64,000 nt of DNA from an uncultured Bacilli bacterium. Its GTDB lineage: Bacteria > Bacillota_I > Bacilli_A > RF39 > UBA660. The stretch spans positions 40,050-104,049 of the forward strand of contig CALVRR010000001.1 in NCBI GenBank assembly GCA_944358705.1. The letters run 5' to 3'. Positions 45,450 to 55,485 of the stretch are shown here, one piece after another (position 1 is the first letter of the stretch; each line of letters begins with the position of its first letter). Both the position numbers and the translations under genes were made by a program. Under the pieces are notes generated by a model. That model was not told where the DNA came from and searched no databases. It saw only the letters and a list, made by a program, of their open reading frames with translations.

Positions 45450-47732
45450 ATGGCAAAAAGAAAACGTAAAAAACAATCAAAAAAAGGTTTTGAATATAAA
45501 TTAGAAGTTTATGGACTTATTTTGTTGTTGGCTTCTATTTTAGGAATTGGTAAATTTGGACCAGTTGGCAAAATGATTTCTTCTTTTGCTTTGTTTTTGG
45601 TTGGGTCTATTTATATGGTATTGTTAGTAGTCTTTTTTGTGGTAGGAGCTTATTTATTAGTGAAAAGAGAATGGCCAGATTTTTTTTCTACGAAGTTAAT
45701 AGGACTTTATGTTTTCGTCATTGGCTTTTTAATTATTATGCATCAGGACTTTGTATTACAAAATGATGGTAATATGATGCTTATTTTTCGAACGACGATT
45801 GATCAGTTGGTTGCTTCTTTTAATGGAATTATGAATACTGGTATTTTAGAAGATTGGTATGCCGTTGGTGGAGGTATTATTGGTGGAATTTTTGCAATAC
45901 TTTTTGATAAGTTGTTTTCTTATACTGGTATGCAAATTGTTGCCTGGGTATTTATGATTACCGGATTTTGTTTATTTACCGGATTTTCTATTATTGGTTT
46001 TGTTAAAGATAACTTAGAAAAACAAAAAGAAAAACTTGCTCATGCAAGAGAGTCTAAGGCAGAAAAAGCTAGTAAAAAAGCCGTTATTATCAGCAATGGT
46101 GATGAGGAAGAGGAAGAAGAAAAAGAAAAAGATAAACATATTAAAATTACTAGTATTGATGAACTTACCAAGGTTCCTGTAAAAGATAGTAATGAGGTAG
46201 CAGACGTTTCTAAAGATACGAAAAAGGAAGCTCCACTGGTACAAAATCATAGTTATCAGTTACCTCCGATTAGTTTATTAAATCAACCAAAGAAAAAGCA
46301 GAAAGAAACGGATGGGGCTGCTATTGAGAAGAATATTGAGATTTTAGAGAAAGTTTTGAAGGATTTTAAAATTGTTGGTAAAGTTGTAGAAGTACATATT
46401 GGACCTACGGTTGCTCAATACGAGTTAGAGATTGCTAGTGGTACTAGGGTTAATAAAATTACTAGTATTAATCGTGAAATTGCTTTGGCACTTGCTAAGA
46501 AGGATGTTCGAATTGAAGCTCCGATTCCTGGTAAGAATACTGTAGGAATTGAGTTTGCCAATGATGTTGCGACTCCAGTTAGTTTTTATGAGATTATTAG
46601 TAGTAAGCAGATGATGAATGCTCCAGAGAAAAAACTTATGGTTCCTCTTGGAAAGAGTATCATGGGAGATATTGGTGTGTGTGAGATTAATAAAATGCCT
46701 CATATGTTAGTTGCGGGTACTACTGGTAGTGGTAAATCTGTTTGTATTAATGGAATTATTTGTTCTATTTTGATGCGTGCGAAACCTGATGAGGTGAAAC
46801 TAGTTATGGTCGATCCTAAGGTTGTTGAACTTTCAGTTTATAATGGAGTTCCTCATTTGATGTGTCCTGTAGTTAGTGATCCTAAAAAAGCAGCGGTTGC
46901 TTTAGCAAAGATGGTTGCTGAAATGGAGAGGCGTTACGAAACGTTTAGTGAAACGAAAACAAAGAATATTGAATCTTATAATGCTTATATTGATAAGTGG
47001 AACGAAGAACATAAAGCGGATGATGTGAAAAAAGCTAGACTTCCTTATATTGTTGTTATTATTGATGAGCTTGCGGATTTGATGATGGTTGCTGCTAAAG
47101 AGGTTGAAGATTCGATTTTAAGAATTACGCAAAAAGCACGTGCTGCAGGAATTCATTTGATTGTTGCAACCCAAAGACCATCTACGGATGTTATTACTGG
47201 TTTAATTAAAGCAAATATTCCATCTCGTATTTCTTTTGCAGTTGGATCTGGAATTGATTCTCGTACGATTTTGGATATGACGGGTGCCGAAAAATTGCTT
47301 GGTAAAGGAGATATGTTATTTTTACCAATCGGTGTTAATTCTCCAACTCGTATTCAAGGATCTTTCATTACGGATGATGAGATTAAGAAAATTATTGACT
47401 TTACCGTGGAGCAACAAAAAGCTCAGTATGATGAGTCTTTGATGAATTTAGATGCTGTTGATCATAATGTCAGTAATGCTAGTGGAACGGAATTTGGGGA
47501 TGCTGCTAATGATGAGGATCCACTTTATAATGATATTGTACAGTTTGTTATTGAAACGCAAAAAGCTAGTGCTTCGCTTTTACAAAGAAGATTTAAACTT
47601 GGTTATAACCGGGCTGCTAGACTTGTTGATTTATTAGAAGAACGTGGTATTATTGGTCCTGCGAATGGTTCTAAACCTAGAGAAGTCTTAGTACAATTAG
47701 ATAGTGTAAAAGAAGAAGCAGGGGATGAATAA
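45450..47732 (+). CDS. ftsK: DNA translocase FtsK/SpoIIIE
   Basis: 4-5 N-terminal TM segments, acidic linker, motor domain with Walker A GTTGSGKS and Walker B VVIIDELADL, and a gamma winged-helix LLQRRFKLGYNRAARLVDLLEERGIIGP. Confidence 0.95.
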   Translation: MAKRKRKKQSKKGFEYKLEVYGLILLLASILGIGKFGPVGKMISSFALFLVGSIYMVLLVVFFVVGAYLLVKREWPDFFSTKLIGLYVFVIGFLIIMHQDFVLQNDGNMMLIFRTTIDQLVASFNGIMNTGILEDWYAVGGGIIGGIFAILFDKLFSYTGMQIVAWVFMITGFCLFTGFSIIGFVKDNLEKQKEKLAHARESKAEKASKKAVIISNGDEEEEEEKEKDKHIKITSIDELTKVPVKDSNEVADVSKDTKKEAPLVQNHSYQLPPISLLNQPKKKQKETDGAAIEKNIEILEKVLKDFKIVGKVVEVHIGPTVAQYELEIASGTRVNKITSINREIALALAKKDVRIEAPIPGKNTVGIEFANDVATPVSFYEIISSKQMMNAPEKKLMVPLGKSIMGDIGVCEINKMPHMLVAGTTGSGKSVCINGIICSILMRAKPDEVKLVMVDPKVVELSVYNGVPHLMCPVVSDPKKAAVALAKMVAEMERRYETFSETKTKNIESYNAYIDKWNEEHKADDVKKARLPYIVVIIDELADLMMVAAKEVEDSILRITQKARAAGIHLIVATQRPSTDVITGLIKANIPSRISFAVGSGIDSRTILDMTGAEKLLGKGDMLFLPIGVNSPTRIQGSFITDDEIKKIIDFTVEQQKAQYDESLMNLDAVDHNVSNASGTEFGDAANDEDPLYNDIVQFVIETQKASASLLQRRFKLGYNRAARLVDLLEERGIIGPANGSKPREVLVQLDSVKEEAGDE

Positions 47733-47786
47733 GTGATAGTTAAGTTATTTAATTCATTTTCGGTAATATTTTTATAAGAGTATATG

Positions 47787-47816
47787 AAAGGAAGAGTTTT
47801 TCCTTTTCTTTTTTTT
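47787..47816 (+). terminator. Rho-independent terminator after ftsK
   Basis: Stem AAAGGAA / TTCCTTT followed by a long T-run. Confidence 0.65.
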
Positions 47817-47876
47817 CATTTAGGTGTATATTATAGTAATCCAGTAAGATAATTAAATTATTTGAAAGGAATAAAT

Positions 47877-48782
47877 ATGAATAAATATATAAAGAAATTG
47901 TCTATTATGACAAGTCTTCTTTTTACTAGTTTTTCTCTAGTTGGATGTCAGGAGTCTTCTTCGGATTCTTTGAAAGAAGTTCCTGAAGTATCCGTAGAAG
48001 AAGAACATGGGATTTATGATTTAGGATATGTTAGTCAATTGGCTAATCGCAGAGGAGAAGAATTTGTTGGTTTCTTGCAGAAAGTGTATAATCCTCTAGG
48101 GTATCCGGTTTCTGCTAGTGTTCGTTATGGAGATATTTCTTCTTTTTCGGTTTTAGTATCCGATGTTAATTTTTATATCGTAAAAAATTATCAAGAAGGT
48201 ACTCCTTTAAATACCTATTATGATTTTTTACGTGATAAGAGTGTTCCTAGTGACCTTTCTATTACGAATGTTGTTTCTTTGAAGGATTATCGTAAGAGTG
48301 AAGAAGCTATGTTTTTGAATGCTACTAGTGATAGTTACTCTTCTTTTACTATTTATGATTGTAGTTCTTTATTGCAAGAAGAGGCTTATCATTTTGATGA
48401 TTTAACATCGTATACTAAAGAAAAGTATCTTGGAATTTCTAGGGTTTCTTCGGGAGAGAAAAATACTTGCTATATTACTTATGTTCCTCTGGAGGATGTC
48501 GATGTTGTAGGTAATCGTTATGTTTGTAATTTAGTAGAGAATTATGTTAGTGATCTTTCTACTTCTATTTTTCAAGTGGATTTGTTAGATGGAAAAAAGG
48601 CTTTTTATGGAGAAGATATGACGGTTACTGATTTTTCTGACTTTGTAGAAACGCATTCGGATTCTTTTCCTTTAGAGCTTGTTGATTTTGTTACTAGTGA
48701 TTCCATTACTTCTTATTGTATATTTAATTATGAGTTCCGCGATTTTTATGATGCTAGTATGGCGGTACAAAAAACAAGGTAG
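47877..48782 (+). CDS. Putative lipoprotein
   Basis: Signal peptide with lipobox FSLVGC. ATG at 47877 follows GAAAGGA. Confidence 0.65.
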   Translation: MNKYIKKLSIMTSLLFTSFSLVGCQESSSDSLKEVPEVSVEEEHGIYDLGYVSQLANRRGEEFVGFLQKVYNPLGYPVSASVRYGDISSFSVLVSDVNFYIVKNYQEGTPLNTYYDFLRDKSVPSDLSITNVVSLKDYRKSEEAMFLNATSDSYSSFTIYDCSSLLQEEAYHFDDLTSYTKEKYLGISRVSSGEKNTCYITYVPLEDVDVVGNRYVCNLVENYVSDLSTSIFQVDLLDGKKAFYGEDMTVTDFSDFVETHSDSFPLELVDFVTSDSITSYCIFNYEFRDFYDASMAVQKTR

Positions 48783-48791
48783 GTGTATGTT

Positions 48792-49397
48792 ATGAAAAAA
48801 TTAAAAATGTATCAAGCGTTAAAAGTTGTATTTGCAAGTGCTGGAGTTATCGTTAGTGTTTCCGCTTGTAGTGGGGAAGAGTCAATTTCTACTACTACGG
48901 ATTCTGCTATTGAAAGTGATGTTTCAACTTCTGAAAATACCGAATCTTTTGATTATTTTTCTTCTGATTTGAGTGAGATAGAGAGTTTAATTAATGAAGA
49001 AAAAATTGAAGATGCCAAGAAAAAGGTGAAAGATGTTTTTGTTACTGGTGTTGATTTTATTTTTTATGATCAACCGATAGGAGATGTTTATTTTGATGAT
49101 TTAACTGCTGCTGGTAAAGAGATGACTATGGATGCACTAGATACTCTTTCTGGTTTTGCGGATCAAATCGCTCCTAATTGGAAAAGTGAGTTATCTGAAA
49201 AATATCAAATAACGTCTGAATTTGTTGGAGAGGAATATTTGGCTTTTTTAGATTCTATAAGAGAATATTTGGGTGATGAAAACTATGAAGCCTTAGGAGA
49301 AGTGAAAGATCAGGTGGCAGGTGATGTGAAAGAAAAAGTTCAGGATGGTAAGGAATACCTTAAGAATTGGTATGAGAATTTTCGGAGTAATAATTAG
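48792..49397 (+). CDS. Putative lipoprotein (acidic)
   Basis: Signal peptide with lipobox VSVSAC. ATG at 48792 follows AGGTAGGTG. Confidence 0.65.
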   Translation: MKKLKMYQALKVVFASAGVIVSVSACSGEESISTTTDSAIESDVSTSENTESFDYFSSDLSEIESLINEEKIEDAKKKVKDVFVTGVDFIFYDQPIGDVYFDDLTAAGKEMTMDALDTLSGFADQIAPNWKSELSEKYQITSEFVGEEYLAFLDSIREYLGDENYEALGEVKDQVAGDVKEKVQDGKEYLKNWYENFRSNN

Positions 49398-49462
49398 TAC
49401 TCTTTTTCTTTGTTTTTTTATTTATTCTTGATATAATAATTATTGTAGAAAGAAGGTATGTT

Positions 49463-50176
49463 ATGGCTACACCACATATAGAAAGTAGTTTAGAAGATAT
49501 TGCAGAAGTAGTACTAATGCCAGGAGATCCATTACGTGCGAAATATATTGCTGAAAAATTTTTAACGGATGTGAAGTTAATTAATACCGTTCGTAATATG
49601 TTTGGTTATACTGGATATTATAAAGATAAGAGAATTACTGTCTTTGCTTCTGGTATGGGAGTTCCTAGTATCGGAATATATTCTTATGAATTGTATAAGT
49701 TTTATAATGTAAAGAAGATTATTCGAATTGGTACTAGTGGTTCTTTTCATAAAGATGTAAAAATATTAGATGTCATTTTATCTACAGGAGCTTATTGTAA
49801 AAGTTATTTTGATCAGTTACTGGATAATCAAGATATCAATTATGTTGAAGCAAGTCACTTATTAAATCAAACTATTGAAAAAGTTGCAAATGATGCACAT
49901 ATTCCTTTAAAAATTGGAAAAACTATTACTAGTGATGTATTTGATTTATATAGTGATAGTGAAGATGTGTTTAAAGCTAATTTTCCAGGAGATGATTATT
50001 TAGCTGTAGAGATGGAAGCTTTTGGATTGTTTTATATAGCTAAAAAATTAGGAAGAGAAGCTAGTTGTTTGATGACTGTTGTAGATTCTTTTTATGACAA
50101 ACGAAGTCTTACTAGTGAAGAGAGAGAAAAGTCATTAGATCAAATGATTCAGTTAGCATTAGATGCAGTAATATAA
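49463..50176 (+). CDS. deoD: Purine nucleoside phosphorylase, DeoD type
   Basis: MATPHIESSLEDIAEVVLMPGDPLRAKYIAEKFL, GMGVPSIGIYSYEL, VEMEAFGLFYIA. Confidence 0.9.
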   Translation: MATPHIESSLEDIAEVVLMPGDPLRAKYIAEKFLTDVKLINTVRNMFGYTGYYKDKRITVFASGMGVPSIGIYSYELYKFYNVKKIIRIGTSGSFHKDVKILDVILSTGAYCKSYFDQLLDNQDINYVEASHLLNQTIEKVANDAHIPLKIGKTITSDVFDLYSDSEDVFKANFPGDDYLAVEMEAFGLFYIAKKLGREASCLMTVVDSFYDKRSLTSEEREKSLDQMIQLALDAVI

Positions 50177-50196
50177 AATATAGAATGGGGTGAAGT

Positions 50197-51468
50197 ATGG
50201 AATACATAAAAAAAGATTTAGGTTCTTATCAGTTACATTTAATTAAAACCAATAAGTTTAAAACTATTACTGTAAGAATTGCTTTTCGTAGTCCTGTTAT
50301 TAAAGAGGAAATTACGATACGTAATGTTTTGTGTGATATGTTTTTACAGTCTAGTAGTAAGTATCCAACGAAAAGAGATTTGACTATTGAAGCGCAAGAA
50401 TTATATGCAGCGGATATTCAAACTTATAATTCTAGACTTGGTAATTATAATAATTTAGATATTTATTTGTCTGTTTTGCATGATCGATATACGGAAGATG
50501 GAAACTTTAAAAAAGCTTTGGAATTTTTGAATGAAATTGTTTTCCATCCGGATATATCTTCCAAGGCTTTTTCGAAAGAAAAATTAGATGTTGTGAAGAG
50601 TACCATGAAGAGTAATCTTTCTTCTTTAAAAGAAGATGGAGCTAGTTATAGTTTACTACGATTGTTTGAAGCGATGGATAAAACAAGAGTTTCTTCTTAT
50701 CGTATGGTTGGTTATTTGGAAGATTTAGAAAAAGTTACTCCAGAGTCTTTATATCAATATTATCAAAAAATGATTCGTAGTGACTTGGTAGATGTTTTTG
50801 TTATTGGGGATATTGATTTTAAAGAAATGACTGGTCTTATTCGGGATATGGTTCCTATTAAGACTGTAAAACGTCAGAAAATTCCTTATTTATTAGAAGA
50901 TGTAAAACCTCGTAGTAGAAGATTGTTTGCTAAAGAGGTAATTGACACTTCTCAATCAAAACTTGCGATTGGTTGTCGTACTTATGGTCTTAGTGATTAT
51001 GAGAGAAATTATGCTCTTACTTTATATAATGTTATTCTAGGAGGTAGTGGAGATTCTAAATTATTTAAAGAAGTAAGGGAAGAATATTCTTTATGTTATG
51101 TAATTAATTCGGTTCCTAATAAATTAGATCATTTAATTTTAATACGTGCTGGTATTGATAAAGAAAATTATTCTAAGACGTTAGAGTTAATTGATAAAAT
51201 TTTATTAGATATGCGTAAAGGAAAATTCAGTGATAAAGATATCAATATTGCGAAAGAATACTTTTGTACCGCTTTGGATGAAGTATTAGATAGTCCAAAC
51301 CGTATTTTGGATAATTATTATATGATGGAATTGATTGGTACGGATACCTTAGAAGAGAAACGTCGTAAAATTATGAGTGTTACTAAGGAAGATATTATAA
51401 AAGTAGCTAAGAAAGTAAAAATGGATACTGTGTTCTTATTAGAGGGGGATAGTCATGAAGAAAATTAA
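50197..51468 (+). CDS. M16 (pitrilysin) family protein, non-catalytic subunit-like
   Basis: Insulinase-like two-domain length and pattern, but no HxxEH motif near the N-terminus. Overlaps the next gene by 14 nt. Confidence 0.75.
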   Translation: MEYIKKDLGSYQLHLIKTNKFKTITVRIAFRSPVIKEEITIRNVLCDMFLQSSSKYPTKRDLTIEAQELYAADIQTYNSRLGNYNNLDIYLSVLHDRYTEDGNFKKALEFLNEIVFHPDISSKAFSKEKLDVVKSTMKSNLSSLKEDGASYSLLRLFEAMDKTRVSSYRMVGYLEDLEKVTPESLYQYYQKMIRSDLVDVFVIGDIDFKEMTGLIRDMVPIKTVKRQKIPYLLEDVKPRSRRLFAKEVIDTSQSKLAIGCRTYGLSDYERNYALTLYNVILGGSGDSKLFKEVREEYSLCYVINSVPNKLDHLILIRAGIDKENYSKTLELIDKILLDMRKGKFSDKDINIAKEYFCTALDEVLDSPNRILDNYYMMELIGTDTLEEKRRKIMSVTKEDIIKVAKKVKMDTVFLLEGDSHEEN

Positions 51469-52735
51469 TTTAAAAGGACTAGATTTGGTGGCTTATACGG
51501 AAACTCTTTCTAATGGGTTGGATGTTATTTTTGTTCCTTTTGAGAAAAAGGCAAATTATTTTATTAGTTATGCTACTAGATTTGGGGCTGACGTTACTAG
51601 TTTTACTCCGGGGGATGAAAAGAAAGTATGTAAGGTTCCAGATGGAATCGCTCACTTTTTAGAACATAAGATGTTTGAACAGGAATCTGGTGAAGATCCT
51701 TTTGCTTATTTTTCTAATAGTGGGACTGGTTCGAATGCTTCTACTACTTACAATAGTACGCAGTATATTTGTTATGGTACGAAGAATTTTTTGGATAATT
51801 TACGTTATTTGATACAGTTTGTTAATGCTCCATATTATACAGACCAAAATGTAGAAAAAGAAAAAGGGATTATTGCGGAAGAGTTAAAAATGTATGCTGA
51901 TCTTCCTGATTTTCAATTAGAAAATAGACTTCGTGAAGCTATTTATCATGTTCATCCTAGAAGAATTGATATTGGCGGAACCGTTGAGGAGATTAATAAG
52001 ATAACCAAAGAAGATTTGTATTTATGTTATAATAATTTTTATAGTCCTAATAATATGTTTTTGTTAGTTGTTGGTAATTTTCCTATGGAAGAGGCTATGA
52101 CTGTTATTCATGAAGAACTAGATCATAGAGAGAATTTAAAAGAAGCTAAAATAACTCCTATTAAGGAGAAGAAGACGGTTTGTAAAAAAGAAGATAAATT
52201 TACAGGAAGTATTCAAGTTCCTAAAATTGGGGTAGGATTAAAAATTGCTATTTCTGATTTAGGTGAATATGATGATTTAGAACTTGATTTATACTTAACA
52301 ATGCTTACTACGATGTTATTTGGTTCTTCTTCTTTGTTCCGAGAAAAAGTTCGTAGTGAAAAACTATTAAATAGCTTTTTTACGGATTGGGATAATACCG
52401 AGAATTACAAAACATTTATGATTTTAGCATCTACGAATGAACCTGAGAAGTTGATTGGTGAGATAAAACAAGAATTTATTCATCACTCATTAGATGAAGC
52501 AATGTTTCAACGAATGAAAAAAGTATGGATTGCGAATGAAGTAAAAATGGCAGATTATATTGATTCTACCGTTAATAATATTTATGATGATATGATTCGT
52601 TATCATAAAGTTATTCCTAATAAGGTAGATATTATTCGTCGTATGGATATGAAAACTTTAGAGAAAATTGTTTCTTCTATTGATTTTCATAATATGAGTG
52701 TTGTTACGATGATGCCACAGGAAGAAGTTTTATAA
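51455..52735 (+). CDS. M16 (pitrilysin) family zinc peptidase, catalytic subunit-like
   Basis: GIAHFLEHKMFE carries the inverted zinc motif HxxEH, with a downstream glutamate region EKGIIAEELKMY. Confidence 0.85.
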   Translation: MKKINLKGLDLVAYTETLSNGLDVIFVPFEKKANYFISYATRFGADVTSFTPGDEKKVCKVPDGIAHFLEHKMFEQESGEDPFAYFSNSGTGSNASTTYNSTQYICYGTKNFLDNLRYLIQFVNAPYYTDQNVEKEKGIIAEELKMYADLPDFQLENRLREAIYHVHPRRIDIGGTVEEINKITKEDLYLCYNNFYSPNNMFLLVVGNFPMEEAMTVIHEELDHRENLKEAKITPIKEKKTVCKKEDKFTGSIQVPKIGVGLKIAISDLGEYDDLELDLYLTMLTTMLFGSSSLFREKVRSEKLLNSFFTDWDNTENYKTFMILASTNEPEKLIGEIKQEFIHHSLDEAMFQRMKKVWIANEVKMADYIDSTVNNIYDDMIRYHKVIPNKVDIIRRMDMKTLEKIVSSIDFHNMSVVTMMPQEEVL

Positions 52736-52762
52736 AACTCGTTTGTTGCAAGCGAGTTTTTC
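52734..52762 (+). terminator. Rho-independent terminator after the M16 pair
   Basis: Stem AAAACTCG / CGAGTTTT followed by T residues. Confidence 0.6.
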
Positions 52763-52798
52763 TTTTGGTATGGTATAATAATTTTAAAGGAGAGTATT

Positions 52799-53350
52799 AT
52801 GGAAAAATATTTTATTATTCATGGTTCTTATGGGAATCCTTATAAGAATTTTATTCCTTGGCTAAAAAAAGAATTGAGTAAAAGGGGTAAGATGTGTATT
52901 GTTCCTCATTTTCCTAGTTTGAAGTTTCAAAGTTATGAAAATTGGAGTCGTATTTTATCTAGTTATTTAGATATAGGGTTCATTGATTCTGATACTATAT
53001 TCATTACTCATAGTTTAGGATCGGTATTTGTTATTAAATTTTTGTTAGAGAAAAAAATAAAGATAAAGAAATTAATTACGGTAGCTGGTTTTAATCAGGT
53101 AGCGTTTGATGATGATTCTACTCTTTACACATCTTTTTATTTAGATTGGGATTTATTAAAGAAATTTCCTTTGTTTTGTGATGATAGAATTTGTTTTTAT
53201 TCTGATAATGATCCTTATATTTCTTGTTTAGAATTAAGAAAGTTTTGTGAAAGTATTTCTGCAGTAGAAGTTTTTGTTCCTCAGGCAGGACACTTTAATG
53301 AAAAGAGCGGTTATTTAGAATTTAGAGATATTCTTTCTTATATTGGATGA
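52799..53350 (+). CDS. RBBP9/YdeN family alpha/beta serine hydrolase
   Basis: IIHGSYGNPYKNFIPWLKKEL, nucleophile elbow THSLGS, C-terminal GHFN. Confidence 0.65.
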   Translation: MEKYFIIHGSYGNPYKNFIPWLKKELSKRGKMCIVPHFPSLKFQSYENWSRILSSYLDIGFIDSDTIFITHSLGSVFVIKFLLEKKIKIKKLITVAGFNQVAFDDDSTLYTSFYLDWDLLKKFPLFCDDRICFYSDNDPYISCLELRKFCESISAVEVFVPQAGHFNEKSGYLEFRDILSYIG

Positions 53351-53358
53351 GGTGAATT

Positions 53359-53760
53359 ATGAAAAAAGTAGTTATTGCTGGTAGTGTGTCTTTACAGGAT
53401 AAGATTAATTATTATCGAAATTATTTTAAATTGAATCATTATTATGTTCTTGATTATCCTAGACCTATAAAAGAACAGGAATTTTTAAAGTTTTATCCTG
53501 ATATTCATCAAGATTTTTTTAAAAATATTATGTCTTGTGATATTTTGTTTATTATGAATGAAGATAAAAATGGAGTAGAGGGGTATCTTGGATATGAGAC
53601 TTTTGCGGAACTTAATTTTGGTGTGATGTTAAAACTTATTTGTCATAAAGATATTAAAATTTATCTTTTAAAGATGCCTAGTTCTAGTGTTGGGTGTTAT
53701 CGTGAGATTTGTTTATGGTTAAAACTTGGTTGGATTAAAATATTTGATAAAAATGTTTAG
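53359..53760 (+). CDS. Small protein with a nucleoside 2-deoxyribosyltransferase/Rcl-like pattern
   Basis: KKVVIAGSVS ... CDILFIMNEDKNGVEGYLGYETFAELNFGV resembles the NDT/DNPH1-type arrangement (N-terminal glycine-rich strand, later GY..E). By-eye call only. Confidence 0.35.
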   Translation: MKKVVIAGSVSLQDKINYYRNYFKLNHYYVLDYPRPIKEQEFLKFYPDIHQDFFKNIMSCDILFIMNEDKNGVEGYLGYETFAELNFGVMLKLICHKDIKIYLLKMPSSSVGCYREICLWLKLGWIKIFDKNV

Positions 53761-53862
53761 GTATTATATTTTTTCTTTTGTTAAGTTTGGTTGACAAAAT
53801 TCCATGTTGTTTTGGTAGTGTGCAACCGAAATATTTAATATAATGTTTTTGAGGTGAAGAAG

Positions 53863-54525
53863 ATGAGTTTAGGTGAAAAATTATTAAAACTGAGAAAAAA
53901 GAAAGGACTGTCTCAAGAAGAAGTTGCGGACATTTTACATGTTACTCGTCAGACGGTATCGAAATGGGAGACGGATCAAAGTATGCCTGATTTTGATAAA
54001 GTACTTCCTATTTGTAATTTGTATGAGATAAGTACGGAAGAGTTATTTCATGATGAAGTATCTACGGTTAGGGAAGGAGAAGAGGTATTAGAAGAAAATA
54101 CTATTCTTGATCAAAATTATAATCGTAAAAAAGCACTTTTTACTACTGTTGCGGTTATGTTATATATTTTATCTGTTGTAGTGATTATTTTCTTTTCTAC
54201 TGTATTGCGCAGTCCTATCGTAGGTGTTTGTGTATTCTTTATTGTGATTGCGATTGCGACTGGATTATTAATTTATATTGAAATGACGAAGCCACTTACT
54301 AATGAAAAAAAGAAAGAAAAAGTATTAACGAGGGAAGATAGATTATATAAACGGATAACTAGTGTATTAGCTTTATTCGTACTTGCTATTTATTTAATTG
54401 TCAGTTTTCTTACGATGGCTTGGGGAGTTACTTGGATTTTATGGATTGTTTATGTTCTTCTTACAGAGATTATTAAGTTGGGATTTTCTTTGAAAGGAGT
54501 GGATATTCATGAAGAAGACGAATAA
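53863..54525 (+). CDS. XRE family HTH transcriptional regulator with C-terminal transmembrane segments
   Basis: LRKKKGLSQEEVADILHVTRQTVSKWETDQSMPDFDKVLPICNLYEISTEELF, then 4 hydrophobic helices. ATG follows GAGGTGA. Confidence 0.85.
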   Translation: MSLGEKLLKLRKKKGLSQEEVADILHVTRQTVSKWETDQSMPDFDKVLPICNLYEISTEELFHDEVSTVREGEEVLEENTILDQNYNRKKALFTTVAVMLYILSVVVIIFFSTVLRSPIVGVCVFFIVIAIATGLLIYIEMTKPLTNEKKKEKVLTREDRLYKRITSVLALFVLAIYLIVSFLTMAWGVTWILWIVYVLLTEIIKLGFSLKGVDIHEEDE

Positions 54526-55351
54526 AACAAAAACAATTATTTTGATTATCTTATTATCTATTCTTTGTATTGTCTTAATTGGTTTCTTGATTGCCTTTAT
54601 TTGTGGGGTTATTCCTATTTGGAGTTTTAATGTTGGAAGCTATAAAGTAAGTAATCACTTGGCATATGAGGAGATATATGATAGAAATATTCAATCAATA
54701 GAAGTAGATTCTACTCTTGGTGATATTGAAATATTGCCTTCTAATGATGATAATATTCATCTTTCTATTTACAGTGATGATCATTTATTTGAAGTTAATG
54801 ATAGTAATTCTTCTTTGGTTGTTAAATTTCAAGAAGAAGAAGGATTTCATTTTCAATTATCAAGAACAAAAGATTTAGTACGATTATATGTTCCAGAAGA
54901 TTGTGATATTCTTTTTGGGCTTGCGAGTGATTCTGGTGATGTTGAGGTTATGGATTTTTCTAATGCTAGTTTTGATATTAGTGTTGATATGGGTGAAGTG
55001 GCCATTGATTCTTGTGATACTCTTGATATTGAAAGTGATATGGGAGATGTCCGTATTGGAACGGTTAGAGAACTGGATGCGGTTTTAGATTTTGGAAATT
55101 TAGAAGTTACTTCTATTACAGAGAGTTTATCGATTGAAGCTGATATGGGAAAGGTTAGTTTAGATGAAGTTCATTTACTTAGTGATTCTACTATTACTCT
55201 TTCTTTAGGAGATTTAGATATTAAACAGCTTTCTAATGCGTATGTTGATGCGAAAACTGATTTAGGAAATATAGATGTAGAAAATAATGATAGAAATGCT
55301 CCTTATACATTATCAATAAAAAATGATATGGGGGATGTTACTATTGGGTAA
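54509..55351 (+). CDS. DUF4097 family beta-helical protein with an N-terminal membrane anchor
   Basis: Nine copies of a short G(D/E/N)(V/I/L)x(V/I) motif (LGDIEI, SGDVEV, MGEVAI, MGDVRI, FGNLEV, MGKVSL, LGDLDI, LGNIDV, MGDVTI). Overlaps the XRE gene by 17 nt. Confidence 0.7.
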   Translation: MKKTNKTKTIILIILLSILCIVLIGFLIAFICGVIPIWSFNVGSYKVSNHLAYEEIYDRNIQSIEVDSTLGDIEILPSNDDNIHLSIYSDDHLFEVNDSNSSLVVKFQEEEGFHFQLSRTKDLVRLYVPEDCDILFGLASDSGDVEVMDFSNASFDISVDMGEVAIDSCDTLDIESDMGDVRIGTVRELDAVLDFGNLEVTSITESLSIEADMGKVSLDEVHLLSDSTITLSLGDLDIKQLSNAYVDAKTDLGNIDVENNDRNAPYTLSIKNDMGDVTIG

Positions 55352-55485
55352 TGTAATATAGAAATTTACATTTTCTATATTATGGGTATACATAAGAAAT
55401 AATTTATGCTATACTTTATTTAGAGAAGCGCTAGTATAGGCTTTTGTCTTTACTGGCGCTTTTTATTGTCGGTGGGTGGTAAAAT

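Noticed and set aside
52781-52801. The near-identical RBS context TTTTAAAGGAGAGTATTATG occurs at 52781 and again at about 57568.
   Set aside because: It is about 20 nt of AT-rich sequence plus a consensus RBS. This is most simply chance or convergent optimisation, and the flanking sequence is unrelated.
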